64,000 nt of DNA, taken from the NCBI GenBank assembly GCA_964420405.1, contig CAYQTL010000003.1, positions 73,154 through 137,153 on the forward strand, given 5' to 3'. A model generated the notes under the pieces. That model had not been told where the DNA came from. It worked only from the letters and a program-made list of their open reading frames with translations, and searched no databases. The position numbers were made by a program, and so were the translations under genes. This DNA is from an uncultured Thermoanaerobaculia bacterium (GTDB taxonomy: Bacteria; Acidobacteriota; Thermoanaerobaculia; Thermoanaerobaculales; Sulfomarinibacteraceae). The first letter of the stretch is position 1; each line of letters begins with the position of its first letter. Below, one piece after another: positions 37,448 to 45,808 of the stretch.

Positions 37448-39868
37448 ATGCGAGCTGCGGGGATCTGGTTGGTTCTGCTGTCAGTGGCGTTCGCCGCGGC
37501 TCCGGCCGCCGGCGCGGACTGCCCCACCGTGGTGCGGGTGGCACTCGAGGGCCGGTCGCAGCTGGAGGCCCTCGCCGCCTGGACCGAGCCCTGGGAGGTG
37601 GGCGCCGACGGCCGTTCCGCCCTGATCGCGGTCGGCCCGGAGGGGCTCGAGCGGCTCAGCCGGGAGGGCCTCCGGTACGAGGTCGACCGGCGCCGGACCG
37701 CGCGCTACTGCTCCCCGCTCGAGCCCCTCGAGGGGCAGCGCAGCGGCATTCCCGGCTACCCCTGCTACCGCACCGTGGACGAGACCTTCGCCGCCGCCGC
37801 GGCCCTCGTGGCCGACCACCCCGATCTCGCCGAGTGGCTCGACGTCGGCGACTCGTGGGAGCGGACCTCCGGCCTCGCCGGCCACGACATGGCTGTGCTG
37901 CGGCTCGGCAACGCCGCCACCGCCGGAACGCCGACGGGAACCGACCCCCCCCACGGCAAGCCGCGCCTGTTCGTCACCTCCGCGATCCACGCCCGCGAGC
38001 TGGCCACCGCCGAGCTGATGACCCGCTTCGCCGAGGAGCTGCTGGACGGCTACGGCACCGACGCCGACGCCACCTGGCTGCTCGACGAGCACGAGATCCA
38101 CCTCATGCTGCAGGCCAACCCGGACGCCCGGGTGCAGGCCGAGGCGGGCCAGCTGTGGCGCAAGAACACCAACCAGAGCTACTGCGGGCCCACCTCGTCG
38201 TCCCGGGGCGCCGACCTCAACCGGAACTTCGCCTACCGTTTTGGTTGCTGCGGCGGATCGTCGGGGCTGCAGTGCTCGGAGACCTACCGCGGTGCGGGCC
38301 CGGCGTCGGAGCCCGAGACCCAGGCGGTGCAGTCGTGGGCGCGGGCGATCTTCCCGGACCAGCGGGGCGGCTCCGACGGTGACCCGGCGCCGGACGGCGC
38401 CACCGGGCTGTACATCGACGTGCACAGCTACGGCGGCCTGGTGCTGTGGCCGTGGGGGTTCACGCCGACGCCGCCGCCCAACGGCGACGGGCTCGAGGCG
38501 CTCGGCCGCCGCCTCGCCGCCCGCACCGGCTACTCTCCGTCCCAGTCGACCGGGCTGTACACGACCGACGGCACCACCTGCGACTTCGTCTACGGCGACC
38601 TCGGGGTCGCCGCCATCACCTTCGAGATCGGCACCGATTTCTTCCAGGACTGCAGCGCCTTCGAGAGCCGGATCCTGCCCGACAACCTCGAGGCCCTGCG
38701 CTACGCGGCGAAGGTGGCCCGCGCGCCCTACCTGCTGTCCCAGGGCCCCGACGCGGCCGGCGTCGCACCGTCCAGCGCGGTGGTCGCCCCCGGCGAGCCG
38801 GTGGAGATCGTCGCCACCCTCGACGACACGCGCTCGCGCGGAGGTCCTTCGACCGACGTGGTGGTGTCCGCCCGCCTCACCGTCGACGTCCCACCGTGGC
38901 GCGACCCGGCGCCCCCGGAGGTCGCCATGGTCGCCGCCGACGGCGCCTTCGACTCGCCGGTCGAGCCGGCGTCGGCGGTCCTCGACACCACCGGCCTGGC
39001 CGACGGACGCCACGTCGTCTTCGTGCGGGGGACCGACGCCACCGGCGCCGACGGCCCGGTCTCGGCCGCGTTCTTCTGGGTCCTCGACCCCGCCAGCGCT
39101 CCCCGGGTGGCGGGGACGGTACGGGACGCCGCCGACGGCACGCCGCTGGCGGCGACGATCTCCAGCGGGCCGTTCTCGGCCGCGACCGATCCCGCGACCG
39201 GGACGTTCGACCTGGTGCTGCCCGCCGGCGAGTGGCTGCTCGAGGTCACCGCCGACGGCTACGCGCCGGCGCGGACCGGACCGGTCGCGCTGGCGAACGG
39301 CCAGACCGTGGTCCGCAACCTCGCCCTCGCGCCATATCAGACCCGGCTCGCGGACGACGTCGAGAGCGGCAACATCGGCTGGACGGCGGCCGGCGGCTGG
39401 GCGATCACCGCCGCCCACTCGGCCAGCCCGACCCACTCCTGGACCGACTCGCCCGGCGGCGACTACCCAGCCAACTCCGGCGCCACCCTGACGTCGCCCG
39501 AGCTCGTCCTGACGGGCGTGGCGGACGTCGCTCTCGGCTTCGCCCACCGCCACTGGACCGAGGCCGGCTGGGACTACGCCCGGGTCGAGGTGTCCGCGGA
39601 CGGCGGTGCGAGCTGGAGCGAGGTCGCCACCTTCGACGGCGCAAGCAATGGCTGGGAGACCGTCGAGCTCCCCCTGCCCGCGCTCGACGGCGCCGCGTCG
39701 GCCAGGATCCGCTTCCGGATGGACGCCGACTCCTGGATCGAGGACGACGGCTGGTACGTCGACGACGTGGTGGTGCGGGGCGTCGACGAGGGCCTGCTGG
39801 GGCCGCTGTTCGGCGACGGCTTCGAGAGCGGCGACGCCGGTGCCTGGTCGTCCGTCGCCGGAGGCTGA
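37448..39868 (+). CDS. Secreted M14 zinc carboxypeptidase with C-terminal CarboxypepD_reg and beta-sandwich domains
   Basis: Signal MRAAGIWLVLLSVAFAAAPAAG. M14 motifs SAIHARELAT, WRKNTN, GADLNRNF, IDVHSYGG. Later GTVRDAADGTPLAATI..DGYAP regulatory-like domain. GGGAGGG SD. Confidence 0.85.
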   Translation: MRAAGIWLVLLSVAFAAAPAAGADCPTVVRVALEGRSQLEALAAWTEPWEVGADGRSALIAVGPEGLERLSREGLRYEVDRRRTARYCSPLEPLEGQRSGIPGYPCYRTVDETFAAAAALVADHPDLAEWLDVGDSWERTSGLAGHDMAVLRLGNAATAGTPTGTDPPHGKPRLFVTSAIHARELATAELMTRFAEELLDGYGTDADATWLLDEHEIHLMLQANPDARVQAEAGQLWRKNTNQSYCGPTSSSRGADLNRNFAYRFGCCGGSSGLQCSETYRGAGPASEPETQAVQSWARAIFPDQRGGSDGDPAPDGATGLYIDVHSYGGLVLWPWGFTPTPPPNGDGLEALGRRLAARTGYSPSQSTGLYTTDGTTCDFVYGDLGVAAITFEIGTDFFQDCSAFESRILPDNLEALRYAAKVARAPYLLSQGPDAAGVAPSSAVVAPGEPVEIVATLDDTRSRGGPSTDVVVSARLTVDVPPWRDPAPPEVAMVAADGAFDSPVEPASAVLDTTGLADGRHVVFVRGTDATGADGPVSAAFFWVLDPASAPRVAGTVRDAADGTPLAATISSGPFSAATDPATGTFDLVLPAGEWLLEVTADGYAPARTGPVALANGQTVVRNLALAPYQTRLADDVESGNIGWTAAGGWAITAAHSASPTHSWTDSPGGDYPANSGATLTSPELVLTGVADVALGFAHRHWTEAGWDYARVEVSADGGASWSEVATFDGASNGWETVELPLPALDGAASARIRFRMDADSWIEDDGWYVDDVVVRGVDEGLLGPLFGDGFESGDAGAWSSVAGG

Positions 39869-39971
39869 TCGAGCCCGACAACCGCCCCGAGCCGCAGCGC
39901 GCCGGTCGTCGCGGTGCTCCGCCGTCTCTTCGGCGCCCCTGCGGCGAGCGTCGCGACCGGCCGTTTCGAGG

Positions 39972-40010
39972 GCACGGACGCGGACGCGGGAGGGGGGCGG
40001 GCGCGGTCGC
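39972..40010. repeat. Repeat module M3, reverse-complement copy
   Basis: gcacggacgcggacgcgggaggggggcgggcgcggtcgc is the inverse of the 4041-4089 / 57627-57675 module. Confidence 0.8.
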
Positions 40011-40017
40011 CCAGGCG

Positions 40018-40088
40018 GTCGCTGTCGCTGTCGCTGACCCTGTACGCTGCCGCTGACCCTGTCGCTGCCGCTGAACGTGACCGCTGCC
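40018..40088. repeat. Repeat module M4 (GTCGCTG/ACCCTG-type degenerate short tandem units)
   Basis: gtcgctgtcgctgtcgctgaccctgtacgctgccgctgaccctgtcgctgccgctg. Inverse versions at 52377-52417, 56760-56813 and 57685-57742; short piece at 62229-62242. Confidence 0.8.
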
Positions 40089-40117
40089 ATCGGGATCGGG
40101 ATCGGGATCGGGATGGG
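40089..40117. repeat. (GGGATC)n hexamer array, about 4.5 units
   Basis: atcgggatcgggatcgggatcgggatggg, read directly; intergenic. Confidence 0.95.
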
Positions 40118-40284
40118 AGGCCGGGGCGGCCGGAGCTGCACGGGTCGTCGTGCTGGGGTCGAACGGATGCGTGCCGGCTGGAAGCCGGCGCTACGGGGTG
40201 GCGCGCGGACGCGGGCACGGACGCGGGAGGGCCGGCACCGACATCGTTCCGCCCGGATCGGGTCCTCCGGCCTACAATCGCACC

Positions 40285-42918
40285 GTGCGGATCATCACGA
40301 CCCACCTGTCGGCCGACTTCGACGCGTTCGCGGCGGCGGTGTGCGCGGTGCGGCTGGATCCCGGCGCCCGGGTGCTCTTCCCGGGCTCGCAGGAGGCGGC
40401 GGTGCGGCGGTTCGTGACCGCGACCAACCTGCCGTATCCCGAGCTCAAGCTCCGGCAGGCGCGCCGCGAGCGGCTCGAGCACGCGCTCGTTGTCGACACC
40501 CGCAGCCCGGCCCGGCTCGGCGAGGTGTGGCAGCTGATCGAGCGTGACGGCTGCCCGATCACCCTGATCGACCACCACGTCACCGAGGAGGACGGGCTCC
40601 GGGCGCGGGAGCTGCACTCGCGCCCGGTCGGCGCCACCTGCACCATCGTGGCCCAGCTGCTCGACGAGCGCGGCCTGGTCCCGAGCCCCGAGGAGGCGTC
40701 GCTGCTGCTGATGGGGATCTACGAGGACACCGGCGCCCTGTCGTACCGGGAGACCACCCCCGAGGACATGCGGACCGCCGCCTGGCTGCTGTCGAGCGGC
40801 GGCTCGCTGACCTGGGTCCGCCGCTGGGTGCTCAAGGCCCTCGAGCCCGACCAGCTGGCGCTGCTCAACCGGCTGGTGGAGGCGACCGACCGGATCGACG
40901 TGGCCGGCGTGCCGGTGTCGCTGGCGATGGTCGAGGTGGACCGCTACCACGAGGAGGCTGCGTACGTCGTCCACCGCTGGATCGAGACCTTCGAGATCGG
41001 CGTCGGCGTGGCGATGCTGGTGCGTCCTCCCCACGTCAACCTCATCCTGCGCTCGCGGTTGCCCGGGCTGCACGCCGGCAGGGTGGCGCAGCGCTTCGGC
41101 GGCGGCGGCCATGCCACCGCGGCGTCGGCGAGGGTGTCGGACCGGATGCCGGTGGAGGTCCGCGAGGAGCTTCTCGGGGCCCTCGCGGAGGCCATGCCAC
41201 CGGCGCCACGGGCGGTCGACATCGCCACCACCACCATCTTCTCGGTCGACGCCGACGTCACCGTCAGCGACGCCAAGCAGCGGCTCAACCAGCTCCGGGT
41301 CAACGCGCTGCCCATTCGCGACCCGTCGGACGGCGAGCTCGTCGGCATGGTGACGCGGCAGCTGCTCGACCGTGCGGTGGTCCACGACCTCGGGTCCCGG
41401 CCGGTCGGCGCCGTGATGCATCCCGACCTGCCCACGGTCGCCGCCGACACCCCGCTGGAGGAGCTCAAGGAGGTGTTCCTCGAGCGCTCGCACCGGTTCG
41501 TGGTGATAGCCGACCGGGGGCGTCCGGTCGGGATCGTCACCCGGATGGACCTGTTCCGCCGGATGTTCGAGGCCTCGAGCCGCTCGGGCACGACCCTCGA
41601 CCACCGCATGGCCGGGGTCCGACCCGTCAGCCAGCCGATCCCCCGCCTGCTTCGTGAGGGCTCGGCGGGCTGGGTCCGGCACCTGCTGGAGACCGCGAAG
41701 GCGGTGGCCGACACGGTCGGCATCCATGTCTACCTGGTCGGCGGCATGGTCCGTGACCTGCTCCTCGGACGGCCCAACGAGGACGTCGACCTGGTGGTCG
41801 AGGGCAGCGGCATCGACTTCGCCCACGCCCTCGCGGCCTACACCGGCGGACGGTGCCACCCCCACGAGCCGTTTCTGACCGCTGTCGTGACCCTGCCGGA
41901 CGGCCACCGGGCGGACGTGGCATCGGCCCGGACCGAGTTCTACCGCACGCCGGCGGCCCTGCCGGAGGTGGCGACATCGCTGATCCGGCAGGACCTGTAC
42001 CGGCGGGACTTCACCGTCAACGCCCTCGCCGTCGACCTGTCCGGCGACCGGTTCGGCCAGCTGGTGGACTTCTTCGGCGGGCGCAAGGACCTCCAGCGCG
42101 GCGAGATCCGGGTCCTCCACAGCCTCAGCTTCATCGACGACCCGACCCGCGCCATCCGCGCCGTCCGCTACTCCCGCCGGCTCGGCTTCTCGATCGCGCA
42201 GGACACCCGCAACCTGATCGCCACCGCCGTCGCCGAGGGTGTTCTCGAGCGACTGTCGGGCCAGCGGCTGCGCCGGGAGCTCGACCAGCTGCTGGCCGAG
42301 CCGCACCCGACGCCGTCGATCGCCATGCTCGCCGAGCTCGACCTGCTGCGGGCGATCTGCGCGGAGCTGCGCTGGAGCGAGGCGACCCGCGAGCTGCTGC
42401 TCGAGATCGAGGGCCAGCTGGCGTGGTACACCCTCGAGCAGCTGGGGGAGCCGCCTCCCGCGTGGCTGCTGTTCCTCGGCGCCCTCGCCGCCGAAAGCGG
42501 ACCCGACGCGGGCGCAGCCCTCGCCGATCGCCTCCAGCTGACCGGGGAGCTGCACCGGAGGCTGCGCGGGCTGCGGCCCGCCGTGGCCCGCCTGCGGGCG
42601 GCGGTGGACGAGCCGCGGCGCTCCCGCCGCGCACGGCTGGTGGGTGAGGCGCCCCCGGAGGTCGTGCTGCTCGCCATGGCCGGCCTCGAGCTCGAGCCCC
42701 GCCGGCTGCTGGCCGACGCCCTCGACGCGGCCGTCCATGTCCGGGCCCCGGTTCGGGGTGCCGACCTGGTGGCGGCCGGCGTCGAGCCGGGGAGATGGAT
42801 CGGACGGGCCATCGAGGCGACCCGCGACGCCCTCGTCGACGGCGAGATCGCGGCCGAAGCGGCGCTGTCCTTCGCGATCCGGACGGCCCGCACGAGCCGC
42901 GGGGAGGCCGGCCCGTGA
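40285..42918 (+). CDS. DHH/DHHA1-CBS-tRNA nucleotidyltransferase (CCA-adding/poly(A) polymerase family) fusion protein
   Basis: DHH (TTHLSADFDAF..LIDHH), GGGGHATAA (DHHA1), two CBS-like repeats, then YLVGGMVRDLLLGRPNEDVDLVVEG and RRDFTVNAL nucleotidyltransferase motifs. GTG 6 nt after TACAAT (40273-40278). Confidence 0.85.
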   Translation: MRIITTHLSADFDAFAAAVCAVRLDPGARVLFPGSQEAAVRRFVTATNLPYPELKLRQARRERLEHALVVDTRSPARLGEVWQLIERDGCPITLIDHHVTEEDGLRARELHSRPVGATCTIVAQLLDERGLVPSPEEASLLLMGIYEDTGALSYRETTPEDMRTAAWLLSSGGSLTWVRRWVLKALEPDQLALLNRLVEATDRIDVAGVPVSLAMVEVDRYHEEAAYVVHRWIETFEIGVGVAMLVRPPHVNLILRSRLPGLHAGRVAQRFGGGGHATAASARVSDRMPVEVREELLGALAEAMPPAPRAVDIATTTIFSVDADVTVSDAKQRLNQLRVNALPIRDPSDGELVGMVTRQLLDRAVVHDLGSRPVGAVMHPDLPTVAADTPLEELKEVFLERSHRFVVIADRGRPVGIVTRMDLFRRMFEASSRSGTTLDHRMAGVRPVSQPIPRLLREGSAGWVRHLLETAKAVADTVGIHVYLVGGMVRDLLLGRPNEDVDLVVEGSGIDFAHALAAYTGGRCHPHEPFLTAVVTLPDGHRADVASARTEFYRTPAALPEVATSLIRQDLYRRDFTVNALAVDLSGDRFGQLVDFFGGRKDLQRGEIRVLHSLSFIDDPTRAIRAVRYSRRLGFSIAQDTRNLIATAVAEGVLERLSGQRLRRELDQLLAEPHPTPSIAMLAELDLLRAICAELRWSEATRELLLEIEGQLAWYTLEQLGEPPPAWLLFLGALAAESGPDAGAALADRLQLTGELHRRLRGLRPAVARLRAAVDEPRRSRRARLVGEAPPEVVLLAMAGLELEPRRLLADALDAAVHVRAPVRGADLVAAGVEPGRWIGRAIEATRDALVDGEIAAEAALSFAIRTARTSRGEAGP

Positions 42919-43568
42919 TCGCGGCGCTGCTGGCTGCCACCATCGTCTCGACGGTTCCGGGGGCGACGCCGACCGCCGCCCCTCCGCCGTCGGCTCCGGA
43001 GGTCGTGGTCGAGCGGATCGTGCAGGTCACCGGACGGACCACGCGGCTGACCCTGTTCGACAACCGGATCGCGGTGGTGTCCCGGCGTGAGGGCCGGTCG
43101 CACGTGCTGCGCCGCCGGTTGCTCACACCGGCCGAGCACCAGGGGTACCGGGTCACGCTGGCGCGCGAGATGCCCCTCGTCGTCGAGGACGAGGTCGCCG
43201 CCCCGGAGCCCGGCGACCCGACCCGCGGCGTGCTCCGTCTCGGCGGATCCGGGACCGGGCCACGGACGGTCGTCTACTCGGTGCTCGCGGTGCAGCCGCT
43301 GCCCCTGGCGCGGCTGCTGCGGGCTCTCGACGGCCTCGAGTCCGAGGTCCTCGCCACGCCGCCCGCCCAGGTCGAGCTGGCGGCCTGGCGGCCGCGGGTC
43401 GGCGACCGGCTGGAGCTGGCCGGCGGGACCCGGGGGACGATCATCCGGATCACCGACTCGGGATCGCTGGTGGTCGAGCACGACCGCACGCACATCCGCG
43501 AGGTGATCCCGCCAGGCGGATGGGTGACCGTCATCCACCGCCTGCTCGACGAGCGGTCGCCGCCATGA
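42915..43568 (+). CDS. Hypothetical exported protein
   Basis: 217 aa. N-terminal IAALLAATIVSTVPGATP signal-like segment. GTGA overlap upstream and ATGA overlap downstream argue for real translation. No recognised domain. Confidence 0.6.
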   Translation: MIAALLAATIVSTVPGATPTAAPPPSAPEVVVERIVQVTGRTTRLTLFDNRIAVVSRREGRSHVLRRRLLTPAEHQGYRVTLAREMPLVVEDEVAAPEPGDPTRGVLRLGGSGTGPRTVVYSVLAVQPLPLARLLRALDGLESEVLATPPAQVELAAWRPRVGDRLELAGGTRGTIIRITDSGSLVVEHDRTHIREVIPPGGWVTVIHRLLDERSPP

Positions 43569-44125
43569 GGGTGACCGGCGGCGAGCTGGGCTCCCGCCGC
43601 CTGCGCGGACCGTCGCGCGGGATGCCCCTGCGCCCGACCCCGGATGCGGTCCGCGAGCGGCTGTTCGCGGTGCTGGGCGACCGCGTCGCAGGCTGCCGGA
43701 TGCTGGACCTGTACGCCGGAACCGGCGCTGTCGGCATCGAGGCCCTGTCCCGCGGCGCCGCCGCGGTGACGTTCGTGGAGGCCCACCGGGCAGCGACGCG
43801 GTTGATCGCCGCCAACCTGGCGGACCTCGGCGTCGGGGGCGACCGCACGCGGATCCTGACCGGGCCCGCCCGCCGCGCCGTCGCGCGGCTCGCCCGACGC
43901 GGCGAGCCCTTCGACCTCGCGTGGGCCGACCCGCCGTTCGCGATCTGGGCCGACGGCGCCGCCGCGCTCGCCGAGGCGTTCGTGGCCGGCGTGCTCGGCG
44001 AGACCGCCGTGGGCTGCCTCGAGTGCCCCCCGGAGGCCGACCCCCGTGCGCTGCCGGCCCCGCTGGAGGTCGTCCGCGACCTGGCGGGCGGCGCGAGCCG
44101 CGTGCTCATCGTGCGGCGGGGGTGA
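43565..44125 (+). CDS. rsmD: 16S rRNA (guanine966-N2)-methyltransferase RsmD
   Basis: LRPTPDAVRERLF, LDLYAGTGAVGIEALSRGA and ADPPF motifs. Confidence 0.88.
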   Translation: MRVTGGELGSRRLRGPSRGMPLRPTPDAVRERLFAVLGDRVAGCRMLDLYAGTGAVGIEALSRGAAAVTFVEAHRAATRLIAANLADLGVGGDRTRILTGPARRAVARLARRGEPFDLAWADPPFAIWADGAAALAEAFVAGVLGETAVGCLECPPEADPRALPAPLEVVRDLAGGASRVLIVRRG

Positions 44126-44139
44126 GCCGGGAGCCCGCA

Positions 44140-44181
44140 CGATCCCGCCGTCCCGATCCCGTTCCCGATCCCGTTTCCGAT
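44140..44181. repeat. Degenerate (CCCGAT)n-type hexamer array
   Basis: cgatcccgccgtcccgatcccgttcccgatcccgtttccgat. Inverted relative to the array at 44349-44387. Confidence 0.85.
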
Positions 44182-44348
44182 GGTCCGGAAGGACCGAACC
44201 CTCCAGGGCGCCCGGGTCGGCAGGCATCGTCACGACTCGGGTCGCCGGTGACGGAAGCGGGCGCTGCCGCCACCGCAGGGGAACGCTGCGGTCGGACATC
44301 GCGGGCGGCGAAGAGCACGATCAGGCGCTGGTCGGTCCGCGCGACAGC

Positions 44349-44387
44349 ATCGGGACGGATCGGGATCGGAGATCCGGGATCGGGACC
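44349..44387. repeat. Degenerate (GGGATC)n-type hexamer array
   Basis: atcgggacggatcgggatcggagatccgggatcgggacc. Inverted partner of 44140-44181. Confidence 0.85.
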
Positions 44388-44402
44388 CGAGGCGGGCCGC
44401 CG

Positions 44403-45704
44403 CTACAGGTGCGATACCCGGTGCGCGGCGAGGATCTCCCGCTGGATGGCGATGTTGTCGCGGTGGCCCGTGAGGCGGGCGGTGACGCGGCCGCGGACAG
44501 GGTAGCCGAGCAGGTACAGGTCGCCGATCACGTCGAGCACCTTGTGGCGCACGAACTCGTCGGGGAACCGCAGCTCGGTGTTGAGGACGTTGTCCTCGCC
44601 GACGAGGATGAAGTTGTCGAGCCGCCCCCCCGAGCCGAGGCCGAGCTCGTTGATCATCTTGAGGTCGCGCATGAAGCCGAAGGTCCGGGCCGGCGCCACC
44701 TCGCGCATGTAGTCCTCGAAGCTCGACAGCCGGAACTCGAAGTGCTGCTCGCCCACCGGCGGTGGGTAGCGCAGCTGGTACGACACCTCGAACCCGTCAC
44801 ACGGCTCGACGACCAGGCTCTTGTCGCGGCCGCCGCCGACCTCGTAGCGGCGGTCGACCACCAGCTCCCGGCGCGGGCGGTCCTGGTCGACGACGCCGAT
44901 CGACGCCAGGTGGCGGCAGAACTCGAGAGCCGAGCCGTCGAGCACAGGGATCTCGCCGTGGACCTTGACCAGGATGTTCGTGATGCCGGCCGCGTGCAGC
45001 GCCGACAGGAGGTGCTCGACGGTGCGGATGCTCTCCCCGCCCGCGGTGAGGGTGGTCGCGTAGTCCGTGTCGGCCACCGCGTCGACGTGGGCCGGGATCA
45101 CGGTCCCCCTGGGAACGGTGACGAAATGGATCCCGCTGTCCGGCGGCAGCGGCTGGATCGCCATCCCGGTCCGCCCCCCGGAGTGGAGGCCGAGGCCGTA
45201 CAGGACGCTGGAGGCGCGGATCGTGCGCTGCGGCAGATCGGAGGTGCGCAGCACGGACAGCTCGGGCGCCGCCCTGAGGTCGCGGTCGACGTCCACCCGT
45301 TCCCGGATCCGCTCGAGGACTCCGCCGCCGGCCCGGGGCCGCTTCGCCGCGAGGGCCGTCCGGACAGCGTCGACCGTCTGGTCGTAGGACAGGGGCTTCT
45401 CGAGGTAGTCGTACGCCCCCATCTTGATCGAGGTGACGGCGGTGGCCGAGGTCCCGTGGCCGGACATCATGATGACCGTCGCGTCGGGATCCAGCTCGAG
45501 GATCGCCTGCAGCGCCTCGAGCCCGTCCCGGTCGGGCAGCCAGATGTCCAGGAACACCACGTCCGGCCGGTCCCGGCGGTACAGCTCGAGAGCCTCCTCG
45601 CCGCTGGCGGTCGTCAGCGTCCGGTAGCCCTCGTCCTCGAGGATGTCCGACATCGCCGTCAGGATGCCGGCCTCGTCGTCGACGATCAGGACGAGCTCGC
45701 TCAC
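44403..45704 (-). CDS. lpxC: Response-regulator receiver domain fused to UDP-3-O-acyl-GlcNAc deacetylase (REC-LpxC)
   Basis: REC: LIVDDE, VVFLDIWLPDRDG, YDYLEKP. LpxC: GLGLHSGG, TVEHLLSAL, FVRHKVLDVIGDLYLLG, TGHRDN. One uninterrupted frame. Start at GTG 45704 or ORF start 45758. Confidence 0.85.
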   Translation of the reverse strand: MSELVLIVDDEAGILTAMSDILEDEGYRTLTTASGEEALELYRRDRPDVVFLDIWLPDRDGLEALQAILELDPDATVIMMSGHGTSATAVTSIKMGAYDYLEKPLSYDQTVDAVRTALAAKRPRAGGGVLERIRERVDVDRDLRAAPELSVLRTSDLPQRTIRASSVLYGLGLHSGGRTGMAIQPLPPDSGIHFVTVPRGTVIPAHVDAVADTDYATTLTAGGESIRTVEHLLSALHAAGITNILVKVHGEIPVLDGSALEFCRHLASIGVVDQDRPRRELVVDRRYEVGGGRDKSLVVEPCDGFEVSYQLRYPPPVGEQHFEFRLSSFEDYMREVAPARTFGFMRDLKMINELGLGSGGRLDNFILVGEDNVLNTELRFPDEFVRHKVLDVIGDLYLLGYPVRGRVTARLTGHRDNIAIQREILAAHRVSHL

Positions 45705-45808
45705 CGTGCCAGTGTGGTTCGGACCACCGGTCCGGTCAAGGCGTCTGGCGCGCCGCACACGTCCGCTACAATGCGCGGCATTCGGCCGACGAGGGGAGGA
45801 TGTCGGAC

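Noticed and set aside
39574-42738. 1054-aa minus-strand ORF
   Set aside because: It lies antisense to the DHH-CBS-CCA gene, which has many clear motifs. The composition is low-complexity Arg/Gly/Pro.
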